Shown: in pieces, positions 1-12,017 of the stretch
Numbering within the stretch: the first letter of the stretch is position 1
Layout of the letters: each line of letters starts with the position of its first letter
Notes under the pieces: model-generated
Told to the model about the DNA's origin: nothing
What the model saw: only the letters and a program-made list of their open reading frames with translations
Databases searched by the model: none
NCBI RefSeq assembly: GCF_000143415.4
Contig: NW_003314267.1
Location: forward strand, 868,322-932,321
Source: Selaginella moellendorffii
Taxonomy: Eukaryota > Plantae > Lycopodiophyta
Reading direction: 5' to 3'
Length of the DNA stretch: 64,000 nt
Translations under genes and position numbers: made by a program

Positions 1-487
1 AATATTCTAAGGACCAAAATATTCCCTCTCTCTCTCTCAATGGGGGGTTCCAAATGTATAGTAGGGATAATGGGTAAGTTGGGTATGGCCGACCAACTTG
101 AGGTATAGTCTAACTTCTCCTTGCATGTCTGTCCTTGTTCTACATTTAGTGTAGCACATGACCCTTTATTCTATGGTGTTTTACCATAAAATAATCACAA
201 AGAAAAACTTAAACCCTCTATATGTGGAATTCAAGTTTTAAAGCTTTGGGCCACTAAATGAATGGAGCCAAATGTAAACTCCTTAATTTGGACTTCTTGG
301 GAGGTAATCCAGCCTAATACTATTCAAACATAAAGAAGCTTAATTAATTATAAAAAGGGGTGCACTCTTGTTTATGGGACCCTTTCCCTCTATATTTGAA
401 CCCCATAGATCATCTCTCAAGTCATTCCCTTTGATTGCTTACAATCCACCATATTTCCTTGCAAGTTCACGCCCTTGTGAAAGGAAA

Positions 488-682
488 TATAAGCAACCAA
501 AGGGAACGACTCAAGGGACGATTCATAAGGGTTCAAATATAGAGGGAAAGGGCCCATGAATAAAAGTGCACCCTCTTTTCCAATCGGTTAAGGGTCTTGA
601 GATATTTGGGGTTAAGCGTCATTGTGTTTGAATAGTATTAGGTTGGGTGACCTCTCAGGAAGTCTAAACTCAAGAGATTATA
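488..682 (+). mobile_element. Solo LTR of the same Cassandra-like family, nested in opposite orientation
   Basis: Inverted copy of the LTR flanked by TSD GGAAA (483-487 and 683-687). 611-665 matches the plant 5S rRNA internal promoter region at about 42/55 ungapped, by my manual alignment to the remembered consensus. Confidence 0.8.
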
Positions 683-1008
683 GGAAACTAATAGCCACAG
701 CTCTCCCGAGAGCCTCGCTTTTTTGACACCCTACCCCTTAGGTCGAGCCTAGTTGGGAGCAAATTGAACCTGCCAAATGTCAATTAACATATGATGTGAT
801 TCCCCGAAACCTCTTTGATACCATGGGTTGGGTAACCTCCTAGGAAGTCTAAACTCAAGAGCTTATAAGAAACTAATAGCCACAGCTCTCCCGAGAGCCT
901 TGCTTTTCTGACACCTTACCCCTTAGGTCAAGCCCAGTTGGGAGCAAATTGGACCTGCCAAATGTCAATCAACATATAATGTGATTCCCCAAAACCTTTT
1001 TGATACCA
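641..1008 (+). repeat. Tandem duplication of ~185 bp (641-823 and 826-1008) inside the TRIM
   Basis: Two near-identical copies, GGTTGGGT(G/A)ACCTC...TTTGATACCA, each ending in the reverse-complemented PBS. Confidence 0.85.
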
Positions 1009-2215
1009 AATGTAAACTTCTTAATTTGAACTTCTTGGGAGGTCACCCAACCCAATACTATTCAAACCTAAGGACGTTTAACAAGACCTTTAACTGATTG
1101 GAAAAAGGGAGTGCATTTTTGTTCATGGGCCTTTTCCCTCTATATTTAAACCCTATGGATCGTTTCTCATGATTGCTTACACCAAACTCCTAAACTTGAA
1201 GCCAAGAAGTAAAAGAACTAGAGCATGGAGTGACTCTTAAGCATACAGCACAAGGAGTGAAGGAATAGTAGTACAGAGTGGCTTGGAACAGTCCTAGCAT
1301 TTAGCATCCCAATGCCAGGACTAGCATGCAAAACAGAGCCAAACAGAATTTGGTGTTATTTTAGCATACCGGTAGCCTAATGTAAGGATATGGGTACTTC
1401 ACCAACTAGCGTGGTATGGAATTTGGGCTTAAATCCAAGTTGGATGCAAAACAAAGACAAGCACACAAGCAAGAGCTAAATTACACCTTAAGTTCGTCAG
1501 CCATTCTTGACCTACCCATTATTCTTACTATACATTTGGAACCCCCCCCCCTCCTCCTTTGAGGAACAAGAGGGACTGATAAAGGGAAGGGAATCAACAA
1601 TACTGGTTTCTTACTGTCATGGCAGTAAGGAAAGAATATCTGAAAGTACTAGCTGACAAGTAATTTTTGATACCTAAAATCACATTTGTGACATCCAGCT
1701 TGGGTCTAAACCCAAGTTCCATACCATACTAGCTGGTGGAGTATCCATATCCTCGCATTAGGCCACCGGTATACTGAAATAATGCCAAACTCCATTTGGC
1801 TCCGTTTTGTGTGCCAATTTTGGCATTAAGATGCTAAATGCTTTAGGATTGTTCCAAGTTGTTGTATATTCCTATCCTTTGGCTCTTTGGGTTGTATGCT
1901 CAGGAGACATTCCGTGTTTTAGTTCCTTCATTCTTTAGCTTCATACTTAGGAGTTTAGCTTTGGACCTTCATTCAATGGCCCAATGCCTTGAAACTTGGG
2001 TTCCGCACCATTGTTTTTTTGATATGTGGTATATGACATGTGGCAGATAGAAGGTTTAGGTTCGGCTTCATGGTTATCCTATGGTAAATCACCATAGAAT
2101 AAATGGTAGAAACCACATCTACTACAGTTAAGTTAGAGAAATAAAAAAAATTCTTAGGAAAAAGTAAAAGGTAAAAAAAAAAGGGTTAGATGGTAAATTA
2201 AAAGATTAACACTTA

Positions 2216-2765
<550 letters not shown>

Positions 2766-3916
2766 TTATAAACCTTACAAAATCAATAATTTCTTACATA
2801 TTTAAATATCAATACTTAATATCCATATTTACTATCTTATGAATTCAATATCTTATACATTTGAATCTCATGTGAATTTATGAAATAAATGACAAAGTAT
2901 AAAGTCCATACAAGGTTTTAATATAACATTATTTAAAATATTTGAATTTAAAATTGATGATGTTGTTATTATTAGTTAATATTTTATATGAGTAACATTG
3001 TAGTAAAGTAAAGAATTTTATTAAATGTTTCTTCTAGGAAATGAGTCATAAAATTTTTTTTATATATTTTAGTTGTGATCATTTAATTTCATATAAAATA
3101 TTTCATATTTAATATTTTATATTATTAACTAAAATTTAATAGTAGTTGTTAATATAATTATTTAAATTTAGTATATTTATTTACAAATTTTTTGTTATCT
3201 GGATCACATTATATTTTGGCATTATATTTTGGTAAAATGTGTGGGTACAATAGAAGTATATTTCACAACTTAATAAATAATTAAATATAAAAAGTTAATA
3301 AAATATTTTATTTAATTAAAATAACACTTATTTTAAAAATATTTTAACTTCAATTGCATTTACCAATGCTTAGAGAACTTAGTGGCTATAAACATTGTTG
3401 ATATTAAAAGATACATAAAGAACATTTTAATGTTAATAATGCTCAACTGAAAGACAATAAAATATATGCAAATTAATTTCCTTTATCATTGTTGTCCTTA
3501 AAACACTTTGCAATCCAAGAAATTCTTTAACACTAATTTCTCTTAAGTTTTGTTGGGAGAACTTTTTCATGTTGAAACATTAAATTCCTACAATATTTTA
3601 AACTCTTTACAAATTCAATGCAAATTGGCTATAGAGGAGAGGCACTGTCTAATCTTGTGTGGGTAGCTGTGGTGGTGGGGTCTCTCAGAATTGAACTTAA
3701 AAAGGAAAGAACTTTCTCATCGACATAAAAAAAACATTGGTTTTTGGAGCACGGCACGTCATTCCAAGATCATGATTCTGGTCGATCACAAAGGCATGGG
3801 CGCCAGCACAGCCATCGGATCGAATCGAACGGCTAAGTCGAGGCTGCCGTTGATTCCGTCAAGTTGGAGCGGGAAAAATGCCAGAGTAGGGCTTCTATAG
3901 GCGATGCCAGGCGGCG

Positions 3917-5521
3917 ATGGCGGCCTTCCACAAGGCCATGATCTGCCGCATTTGGATCGTGCTGCTCGTCACTCTTCTCTGGATCGGCCTCTGGTACAGC
4001 AGAATCTCTCCGGCGACCTCGGATTTGGCAGCGCACAGGAAGGATCTTCACAGGTTTGGAGGAAATTTGGCCCGGAATTCGTCCTTCTCGAAGTTCTGGG
4101 AGGTGGAAGACGGCCAGCTTACTGCCGATCTCATCCACGAGGTTGTGGAGGAGCTCGAGAAGATTAGGGATGGGACTCCTGGTGGTGTGGTCGCGGCTAA
4201 TCGCAAGGAGCCTTGCGATGAGCGGCGGGATTTAGCAAGGGAACGGGGCTTTCGACGGATTGGAGAGACGCTTCACGCCTTTGTCCTCTCCAGTGTGGCA
4301 AGATTTTCTCTGGAAGAATTCACCGCGGTGGGATTGGTTTCTATCCAACTGAGAGGCTTTGCCGGTAATCCATTGCAGTCTTGTGCTTGGGTTCCAAAGG
4401 CTGGATCCAGTTCTGTCGCGGCTGCTCTGGCGGCTTCCAACGATTCTTCGGTGATTTGGGGGAACTCTTGGCTGGGGTACGTGAATGAAAGCCACACGGA
4501 GAAGACCTTCTACGATGTGGGCGTGGTGAAATGCTCGTTCGAGGAGCCAGTAGGGGCAAATGGAGAAGGCGGGTTTCTAGTGCTCAACATGACAAGAAAC
4601 TCGTCACCGCCACCTCTTGTGGATCACTCAGGGATCATCGAGCAAAGTTACGTGCCTGTTTTTCAAGAGCTTCCGGAAGAGATCTCCTCGATCCAATTCG
4701 AAGGGCCGTTTCGATTCGACTATGCCTACTGCTCGCCTCTGCTGACACCGAGCAAGAACGTATCGGCCAAGTACGTGAAAGAGTGGCTCATGTATCACCA
4801 AGGCCTGTGGAGCGAGAGTCACGTCCACTACTTCTTCTACGACGCCGGTGGGATCGATTCGAGGCTGCTGGAAGTCTTCCAGCCGCTGATGGAGAAGAAG
4901 TTTCTCACAGTGATAGACATGAGAGAATTGGTACTGTTCGAGTCTGCTGGTGACGGTCACCAGCTTGTGATCAACGATTGCCTCCAGCGAAGCCGGTTTC
5001 TAGCGACCTGGGCATTCTTCTGGGACTTGGACGAGTACCTCCAGCTCGTAAATTCCACATCGATGGCAGCTTTGCTCAGGAGCTATGAGAGTTCTCCCTG
5101 GATATCTCTAGCAAACTTGGTGTGGAGCAGGACTTACTGCAAGGAAACGAGCGCGGAGGACGAGTGGGCCGTGGAGAGGATGCGTTTCAGGCTGCGGTAC
5201 CCGACTTGCGGGGACGAGCAAAGGGCCGAGACTTGCCACGGCGTGGAGGGGCACAGGAAGTGGATCGCCAACCCGCGCAAGGTGCTCGTCGCGTCCATCC
5301 ACCGGACTGTGGAGCCCGAGTGGAACGGCGAGATCCTGCGAGCCTCCATCGCCAGGCTCAACCATTTCCACGGCCTGGCCGTGGAGGGCAGCGCGAATTC
5401 CAGCTGCTGGATCGTGAAGAAGCTCGACCAGGTGAACGAGTCGAGCCTGGTGGACGGATGGTGGCTCAAAGACGAGAGCTTTGCAGTGGCCGCCATGGAG
5501 CAGCATCGCAAGGGACTTTAG
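3917..5521 (+). CDS. Glycosyltransferase family 92 (DUF23), galactan beta-1,4-galactosyltransferase-like, intronless
   Basis: 534-aa ORF with N-terminal TM anchor and GALS-type motifs EWLMYH, FYDAGG and QLVINDCLQRSRFLATWAFFWDLDEY. Confidence 0.85.
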   Translation: MAAFHKAMICRIWIVLLVTLLWIGLWYSRISPATSDLAAHRKDLHRFGGNLARNSSFSKFWEVEDGQLTADLIHEVVEELEKIRDGTPGGVVAANRKEPCDERRDLARERGFRRIGETLHAFVLSSVARFSLEEFTAVGLVSIQLRGFAGNPLQSCAWVPKAGSSSVAAALAASNDSSVIWGNSWLGYVNESHTEKTFYDVGVVKCSFEEPVGANGEGGFLVLNMTRNSSPPPLVDHSGIIEQSYVPVFQELPEEISSIQFEGPFRFDYAYCSPLLTPSKNVSAKYVKEWLMYHQGLWSESHVHYFFYDAGGIDSRLLEVFQPLMEKKFLTVIDMRELVLFESAGDGHQLVINDCLQRSRFLATWAFFWDLDEYLQLVNSTSMAALLRSYESSPWISLANLVWSRTYCKETSAEDEWAVERMRFRLRYPTCGDEQRAETCHGVEGHRKWIANPRKVLVASIHRTVEPEWNGEILRASIARLNHFHGLAVEGSANSSCWIVKKLDQVNESSLVDGWWLKDESFAVAAMEQHRKGL

Positions 5522-6338
5522 AAACATTGACCTTATCCAGTCCACGCCAAATGTTGACTTCTTGTCAGAGCCCGCTTTAGACCCTACTGCAAGCGTGCAT
5601 AAGAAGCTTGCGTGAGGAAAAAAATAAAGGCCCAGAAGTTGACTTGGTCAAAGACCTAAAAGGTAACCTAAAAAGGTGCCACGTAGACTTTCCTTGATCA
5701 CATAGAAACGAGGAATATCTTATCGCTTCACCCGTATGGTATGTCCTGCGCCCTCCCTGACATGGCCGGAAGCAAAAAACCAAAATGGCGTGCTACTTGC
5801 TTTTGGTTGCTTGACACACACCAAAAAAAAGAAATAAAAAAAGCCTGGTTTGAGAGATTGAGATTTTGATAACGTCCTTCCATGCAGTGGTTTTTTATAT
5901 TGTTTTCCGGGGAAGGGAAAATAAAGCTGCTAGTATCTTTTGTCGTGGCCTTTCCCAAATCACTGTGATGTTTTGGCCCTCCTCGAGAGAGGTGATCATG
6001 CCATTGTTATCTAATGTATCTCAACATTTTTCGCGAAAACAATGGTTTTGATATGAACAAGATGAGTAACAAAGATCGCATCTGGAAGCACTGACATATA
6101 AATGTAGGAGACGAAAGCTACCAAACAGAGGCCATGCCTAGTTTAGCTAAAATGTGTCATAGTTTGTTAGAAGAGAGAGTGTGTGTAGCTAGTTAGCGAA
6201 GTATGGCGGGCCTGGCTTCTCCCAGCTTTTAAAATCAATGCTCTCATGGAATGGAGTGGAGTGGAGTGGAGAGCTTTATTTTAGGTCGTAGGAGGAGGAG
6301 GAGCTAGGAGAGAGCGCTAGAGAAAAGGCGAATCATCG

Positions 6339-9300
6339 ATGGAAGCCTTGAGCAAGAATGGTGGCCGGATGAATGAAGGAGCGCAGCAGCGCGGCGGCAT
6401 TGACATGTTAGGAATCCCGCGGCCGCAGCTCCCGCGCGACGCCAGGGGATCGCTGGAGGTGTTCCAGCCGCAGCAGCAAAGATCGGGCGAGAGGGATGCT
6501 GGCATCGCCATCGGCGTGGCGGATTCTCGAAATTTCGGCCGAAGCGGTCGCTATGGCGCCCAAGAACAGCAGGTTTTCGGCGGGAGGTCTGTGGAGAGCA
6601 CGCTGGATTTGGCGACGACGAATGCCGGGTGGAGGAGATCGCCGTCTGGCTCGGGTTCCAAGAGTCCAGTTTGCGGCCATTTCCAAGGGGATTTTTCCTC
6701 CATCGCCAAGCCGCAGAACGATCGCGCTGCCGCCGAGCGTGCGGCGGAATGGGGGCTGGTTCTCAAGGCCGATGTTGGCTCGGGCAAGATCCAAGGCGTG
6801 GGGGTCCGGAATAACTCCGGGGACTCCAAGACTAGCGGGAGAAACTCTGGGAGGAGGACTTCGGAGGAGTCTTCCTCGGATGCTGGCAGCGAGGCCGCGC
6901 TTGGGGGTCGGCCTCACATTCCGAGAGTCTCGGAAGATTTGAAGGACGCGCTCTCATCGTTCCAGCAGACGTTCGTAGTGTGCGATGCGACCGACCCGGA
7001 GCTTCCAATTCTCTATGCGAGCGCTGGTTTTTTCAGCATGACGGGATACACTGCCAAGGAAGTGATCGGCCGAAACTGGTGTGGAAGTGCTACTTGTTGG
7101 TTTGATCTCACGGTTTATTTTTGTTTTCCAGTCGATTCTTGCAAGGTACCGAGACGGATCCAGTGGATGTTTCCAAAATCCGAGTGGCTTTGGAGCAAGG
7201 GAAGAGCTTCTGTGGACGGCTGCTAAACTACAAGAAGAATGGAACGCCATTTTGGAATCTCTTGACAATAGCTCCAATCAAAGACGAAGATGGCAAGGTT
7301 CTTAAGTACATCGGGTCAGTTTTCCTCTATTTTCCAATTCACGCCATACTCAGATTGAGTTTCACATGTAGGATGCTGGTTGAGGTGAGCCAGTTTACAG
7401 AGGGATCTAAAGACAAAGCTGTTCGTCCGAATGGAATGCCAGAGTCTCTGATCAAGTACGATGGTGAGTTATCTTATATGTTCCAGCTTCATAAATATGG
7501 TTTTGTTTAAAAAGATTTTTGCTGTCGCTGTTGATGTTCAAAAGCTCGACAGAAAGACAGCGTCGTGAGCTCGGTGTCTGAGCTCGTGGAGGTTTTCTCG
7601 ACGTCGAAGCGAGACCAGTCCAACGACCACGACCGACGAGCTAGTGCTGGCAAGCTTACAGATGTTCCTGAGGCTAGTCCCGTGAAGGCGAGCAAGAGAA
7701 CTCGCAGGTCATCCAGCTTACTGTCCTTTTTGAGGTAAATTTCGTTTTTATTTTCCTGCCAGAGATACCGACTGAGTAGATGATGCCAGGCGACATGCGA
7801 AGGATTCCGCTGAGATCGATCAATTGACGCTGAAGACTGCCGACAATGTCGACGACTTTCCTGAGGACTTTCAGAGAAAGAAGGAAATTCGAAGAGGCAT
7901 CGACCTGGCAACCACATTGGAGCGTATCGAAAAGAACTTTGTCATCACTGATCCCCGTCTCCCCGACAATCCAATCGTAAGGTCTCAGCCTGTTTTGCGC
8001 CGATTCAAATGCAATATTATTACAACCGCAGATTTTTGCATCCGATTCCTTTTTGGAGCTAACGGAGTACAGCCGAGAGGAAATTCTGGGAAAAAACTGC
8101 AGGTCAGGATCAATACTTGACAAGAGTGGTAAAATTTTGATTGAAAAATTACAGATTCTTACAAGGACCCGATACGAATCAGGAGACGGTGACTAGAATT
8201 CGGTATGCCATTCGGGATCAGAAAAGCATCACTGTTCAACTTCTAAACTACACCAAACGGGGTATGCACTATCTGTTCGTGAACTCTCCTCCTAATGTTC
8301 TTGTCAATTTAATAGGGAAGCCTTTCTGGAATTTGTTTCACTTGCAACCCATGAGAGACAACAAGGTGCCCTTGTTTCTGCTGCAAACCATCTAGATACG
8401 CTAATCTTGTATATGCATGCAGGGAGAGTTGCAGTACTTTATAGGAGTTCAGCTGGATGGAAGCCAGCATTTTGACAAAGTTCGCAAGGGGCTTCCTGAC
8501 AAGGTCGAGCACGAGGGCGTTCAAGTGGTAAGTGCCATATCACAAGCAGGATATTTTGTTCAGCGATCTTATGCTGCTGGTTTAGATCCAATCTGCAGCT
8601 GGCAACGTGGATACTGCAGTTCGTGAACTCCCAGATGCAAATCAGGTAAAGCTAGATAGAAGAATGATCACCAAGCTCTCATGTTCTGCTTAACGCTGTG
8701 TGTAGAATGTCTTTGAGATTTGGAGGAATTACTCAAAAAAAGTGTGTCCCAAGCCTCACAAGGTTCACAGTACTTCCTGGGCAGCCATAAACAAGGTGGA
8801 AGCTGTTCAATGAAACACTGGCATTAATTTGCTTTTGACAGGTTGTAAAAAAAGATGGACTCTTGAACTTACAGCATTTTCGGCCAGTCAAAGCTCTTGG
8901 TTCTGGTGATACCGGAGGGTGAGTACTGTTTTAAACTGAATGTGCCAGCTTAATTTCTGTTTGGGGTTTGTAGTGTTCATTTAGTGGAGCTACGAGAAAC
9001 CGGCCAATTTTTTGCTATGAAAGCAATGGAGAAGTCGAGTATGCTCAATCGAAACAAGGTAAATTAACTATCGACAGAATATATCAACTCCTGCCGTGAA
9101 ATAGGTTCATAGAACACTCATGGAACGAGACATTTTGGATATGATGGATCACCCTTTTCTTCCAACTCTCTATGGATCGTTTGAGGTACACTTTAGATTT
9201 TAACATGATCAAATAGTAAAATAATTCTGAAGTGTAGACTGAGGCACATGTATGCTTGATCACGGATTTCTGTCCAGGAGGCGAACTCTTTCTTCTTCTA

Positions 9301-10397
9301 GACAGGCAACCGTCAAAAACATTCAACGAGCCTACTGTTTGGTAACGTTCTTTTGTTACTTTCGCATCTATTTGGAATTGTTTGGAGCTAACACGCAACT
9401 TTGGCTTCAAGTTTCTATGCAGCTGAAGTGGTTGTTGCTCTTGAGTATCTTCATTGCAGAGGTAACTTAGTTCTGTGCAGCTGACAAAAACATTCAATCT
9501 CATGGCCAGGTGTTGTTTACCGAGACCTTAAACCAGAGAACATACTTGTTCAAAGAAATGGCCATCTTTTGCTCACCGATTTCGATCTCTCATTTGTGAG
9601 CAACCCGAGAGCTCAGGTGACTTCTACCAAATTAAGTTCTGAACTAAACTTGGATTCTAGTGTCAGGTTATAAGACCACCCCCGCCTGCCTCTGAACGAC
9701 GGAAGAGAAAGAAAGAAGCACCAGTTCCCCCTACGTTTGTCGTGGAGCCTGTTGCAAGATCAAATTCTTTCGTTGGCACGGAGGAATACATTGCTCCTGT
9801 AAGCAGATTTTTTAAAGATGAGAAGTTTGTCATTTTTCTTTCTTTCTGTTTTGCAGGAAGTGATAAATGGTTCGGGCCACAGCAGTGCCGTGGATTGGTG
9901 GGCTCTTGGTAAGCCGACTGTCTCGCATAAAGCTCAAGCTTAACTTCTCCTCAGGAATTCTCTTGTATGAGATGCTCGTTGGATGGACTCCGTTCCGGGG
10001 TAAAAACAGACAGAAAACTTTTCACAACATTCTCCACAAAGAATTAAAATTTCCTAGCACTGTCCAGGTGGTAATTTTCTTATCCTTTTATTTAGATATT
10101 CTGATGGCATTGATGTCAACCAGGTCAGTCCTTCAGCAAAAGAACTAATCCATAGACTGCTGCAAAAGGACCCTTCGCAAAGGCTGGGCTCTTCAATGGG
10201 AGCGAACGAGATCAAACATCATCCTTTCTTCACTGGGGTGCGCTGGCCCCTTATTCGTTGCAAGGTAGCTAGTTCGGATTAAAGACTTTTCCTTACCCGG
10301 TTTACTGCAGAGCTGTCCGCGACTAGATGCTCCACTTACACTGACCGACGACTTTGTCAAAGGAACGTCTACGACAGACGCATTTGCTGTGTTTTAG
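6339..10397 (+). CDS. PHOT: Phototropin (LOV1-LOV2-Ser/Thr kinase), many short introns
   Basis: [11 protein letters not shown]; LOV1 GRNCRFLQG (spliced); [25 protein letters not shown]; LOV2 GKNCRFLQG; kinase motifs [30 protein letters not shown]; ends TDAFAVF*. Confidence 0.97.
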
Positions 10398-10682
10398 ATC
10401 ATAACTTGTCGGTATGTCCTCTAACGAAAACGTCTGTGCATTAGATGCCACCTGCACGGAGAAGTTGTATGATAACAGTAGAGAGCCAATACGGTAATCC
10501 GCAATCGTTCTTCTCATTCTCCAGTTAAAAATTGAGGCCAAGTGGCAGGCACCATAGTGGGTTTGTCATGATGCGGTGTTGGTAGTGCTCGATGTCACAT
10601 TTCCTAAAGCCAGGTTTGTGCTGTTCATCATATCGTTCTTCCTATAAGTGTGTCTAACTCGGTGCAACATTCAGAGGTAACG

Positions 10683-11842
10683 ATGCTTCTTGCACGAGGC
10701 TTGTGCGTTTTAACAATCGCTCTTGTAGTTCTATGCGACGAGGGCCCTGCATTGAATTATTCTTACTATGCTAAGACATGTCCCCGGGCTGAATCCATTG
10801 TCAGCTCCAGCATCAGAACGTTTTTAAGGCGGGACAGGAGTGAAGTCGCCGGGCTGCTGCGAATATTTTTCCACGACTGCTTCGTTCAGGCAAGTTATTC
10901 GTTTGGTTTTCAAGTTGATTCAGGTAAATGCAAAAATCTTGCAGGGATGTGACGCGTCTGTTCTTCTCATGGGCCTCAACGGCAAAGAGTCCGAGCAGCA
11001 GGCAGTTCCAAATCTAACTCTACGCCCAAAATCCTTGCAAGCGATCACCGACATCAAGGCACGTCTAGAAAAGGCTTGCCCCGGGACTGTCTCGTGCGCA
11101 GATATAATCGCATTAGCCACCCGAGACGCTGTCAACGAGGTAAGCTTTCCAACGTCCTTGTTTATGCTCTTGGCTTGTAATTTCCTCTACTTAGGCTGGC
11201 GGCCCCTGGTTCCCTCTCCCCACCGGTCGCAAAGACAGCAAAAGCTTTGCAAGTGTGCAGGAGACCCTCAACAACTTGCCTCCACCGTCTTTCAACGCCT
11301 CTGAGCTGCTGGAGAGCTTCCAAAGCAAGGGGTTGAACGCTACTGATCTCGTCGCTCTGTCAGGTAAGTTTGCTCGAGAGTTTAAAAGAGCCGCTCTAAT
11401 GCATTGAATCTAAACAGGTGCTCACACGGTCGGCAAAGCCCACTGCCCGACGTTCTCCGGCCGCTTGCGTCCATCGCTGGACCCCGACTTGGACATAAAT
11501 TTCGCCCAAAAGCTGGCGGCGACTTGCCGGGAAGGCGACGACGACTTCGCGACCTCAAACTCCACGGATCTCGACAGCTCCACTCCAAACCGATTCGACA
11601 ACGCGTACTACAGGAACCTGTTGGGGAAGAAGGGGCTTCTCACCTCGGACCAGCAGCTGTTCGTGGACAATCGCACGAGCAGCCTGGTGGAAGCGTTCGC
11701 GCGCAGCCAGCGCTCCTTCTTCTCGCAGTTTGCGGCGTCGTTCGTCAAGCTCAGCAAGATCCAAGTGCTCACTGGGAGCGAGGGGGAGGTCCGGATCAAT
11801 TGCTCCGTTGCCAATCCATCGCGAATGCTCTACGATGCTTGA
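10683..11842 (+). CDS. Class III secretory peroxidase, 4 exons (intron 1 is GC-AG)
   Basis: Signal peptide; LLRIFFHDCFVQGCDAS, VSCADI, LVALSGAHTVG, FDNAYY, LLTSDQ, GEVRINC. Confidence 0.96.
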
Positions 11843-12017
11843 AATCTACATTAAATTTTTGGTGGTGTATAGTTTTGGTGTATTTGTCAATGTATGTTTT
11901 TGATTGACAGTGATTTTGTTTAAAGGTACTTTGATATATGGTGCGAAGAATGAGAATGGAAAAAAAAAAGAGAGGGGATTTTTCATTCATTGATTCATAT
12001 TATAAGCTTTTTTACTT

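Larger units (their letters stand above)
273..1181 (-). mobile_element. Cassandra-like TRIM (non-autonomous LTR retrotransposon with 5S rRNA-like segment in its LTRs)
   Basis: Two ~170-bp LTRs (1011-1181 and 273-443), each reading TGTAAGCAATC...GTTTACA on the minus strand. tRNA-iMet-type PBS TGGTATCA at 1008-1001, purine-rich tract AAGGAAATATGGTGGAT before the 3' LTR, and 5-bp TSD CCAAA (268-272 and 1182-1186). LTRs contain a 5S rRNA A-box/IE/C-box-like sequence. Confidence 0.85.
41..2126. mobile_element. Second LTR family: two diverged ~500-bp LTR-like copies nested in opposite orientation
   Basis: 41-149 is inverted against ~1440-1550, and 161-267 plus 1187-1446 is inverted against 1691-2107. 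Both copies start with G-run + TTCCAAA + TGTATAGT (PPT/LTR-like junction) and end in TACA. Confidence 0.6.

Noticed and set aside
611-665. Stand-alone 5S rRNA gene
   Set aside because: Only the internal promoter half is present, diverged and embedded in LTRs, so it is treated as a Cassandra-like domain
641-1008. CRISPR-like or satellite array
   Set aside because: Only two ~185-bp copies with no unique spacers, in eukaryotic LTR context
4232-5580. Many antisense or alternate-frame ORFs over GC-rich CDSs (also within 13292-14905 and 45123-48167)
   Set aside because: Shadow ORFs caused by GC3 bias of the real genes
6169-6250. miR529/miR156-like AGAAGAGAGAG sequence upstream of phototropin
   Set aside because: Low-complexity match with no convincing star strand or hairpin
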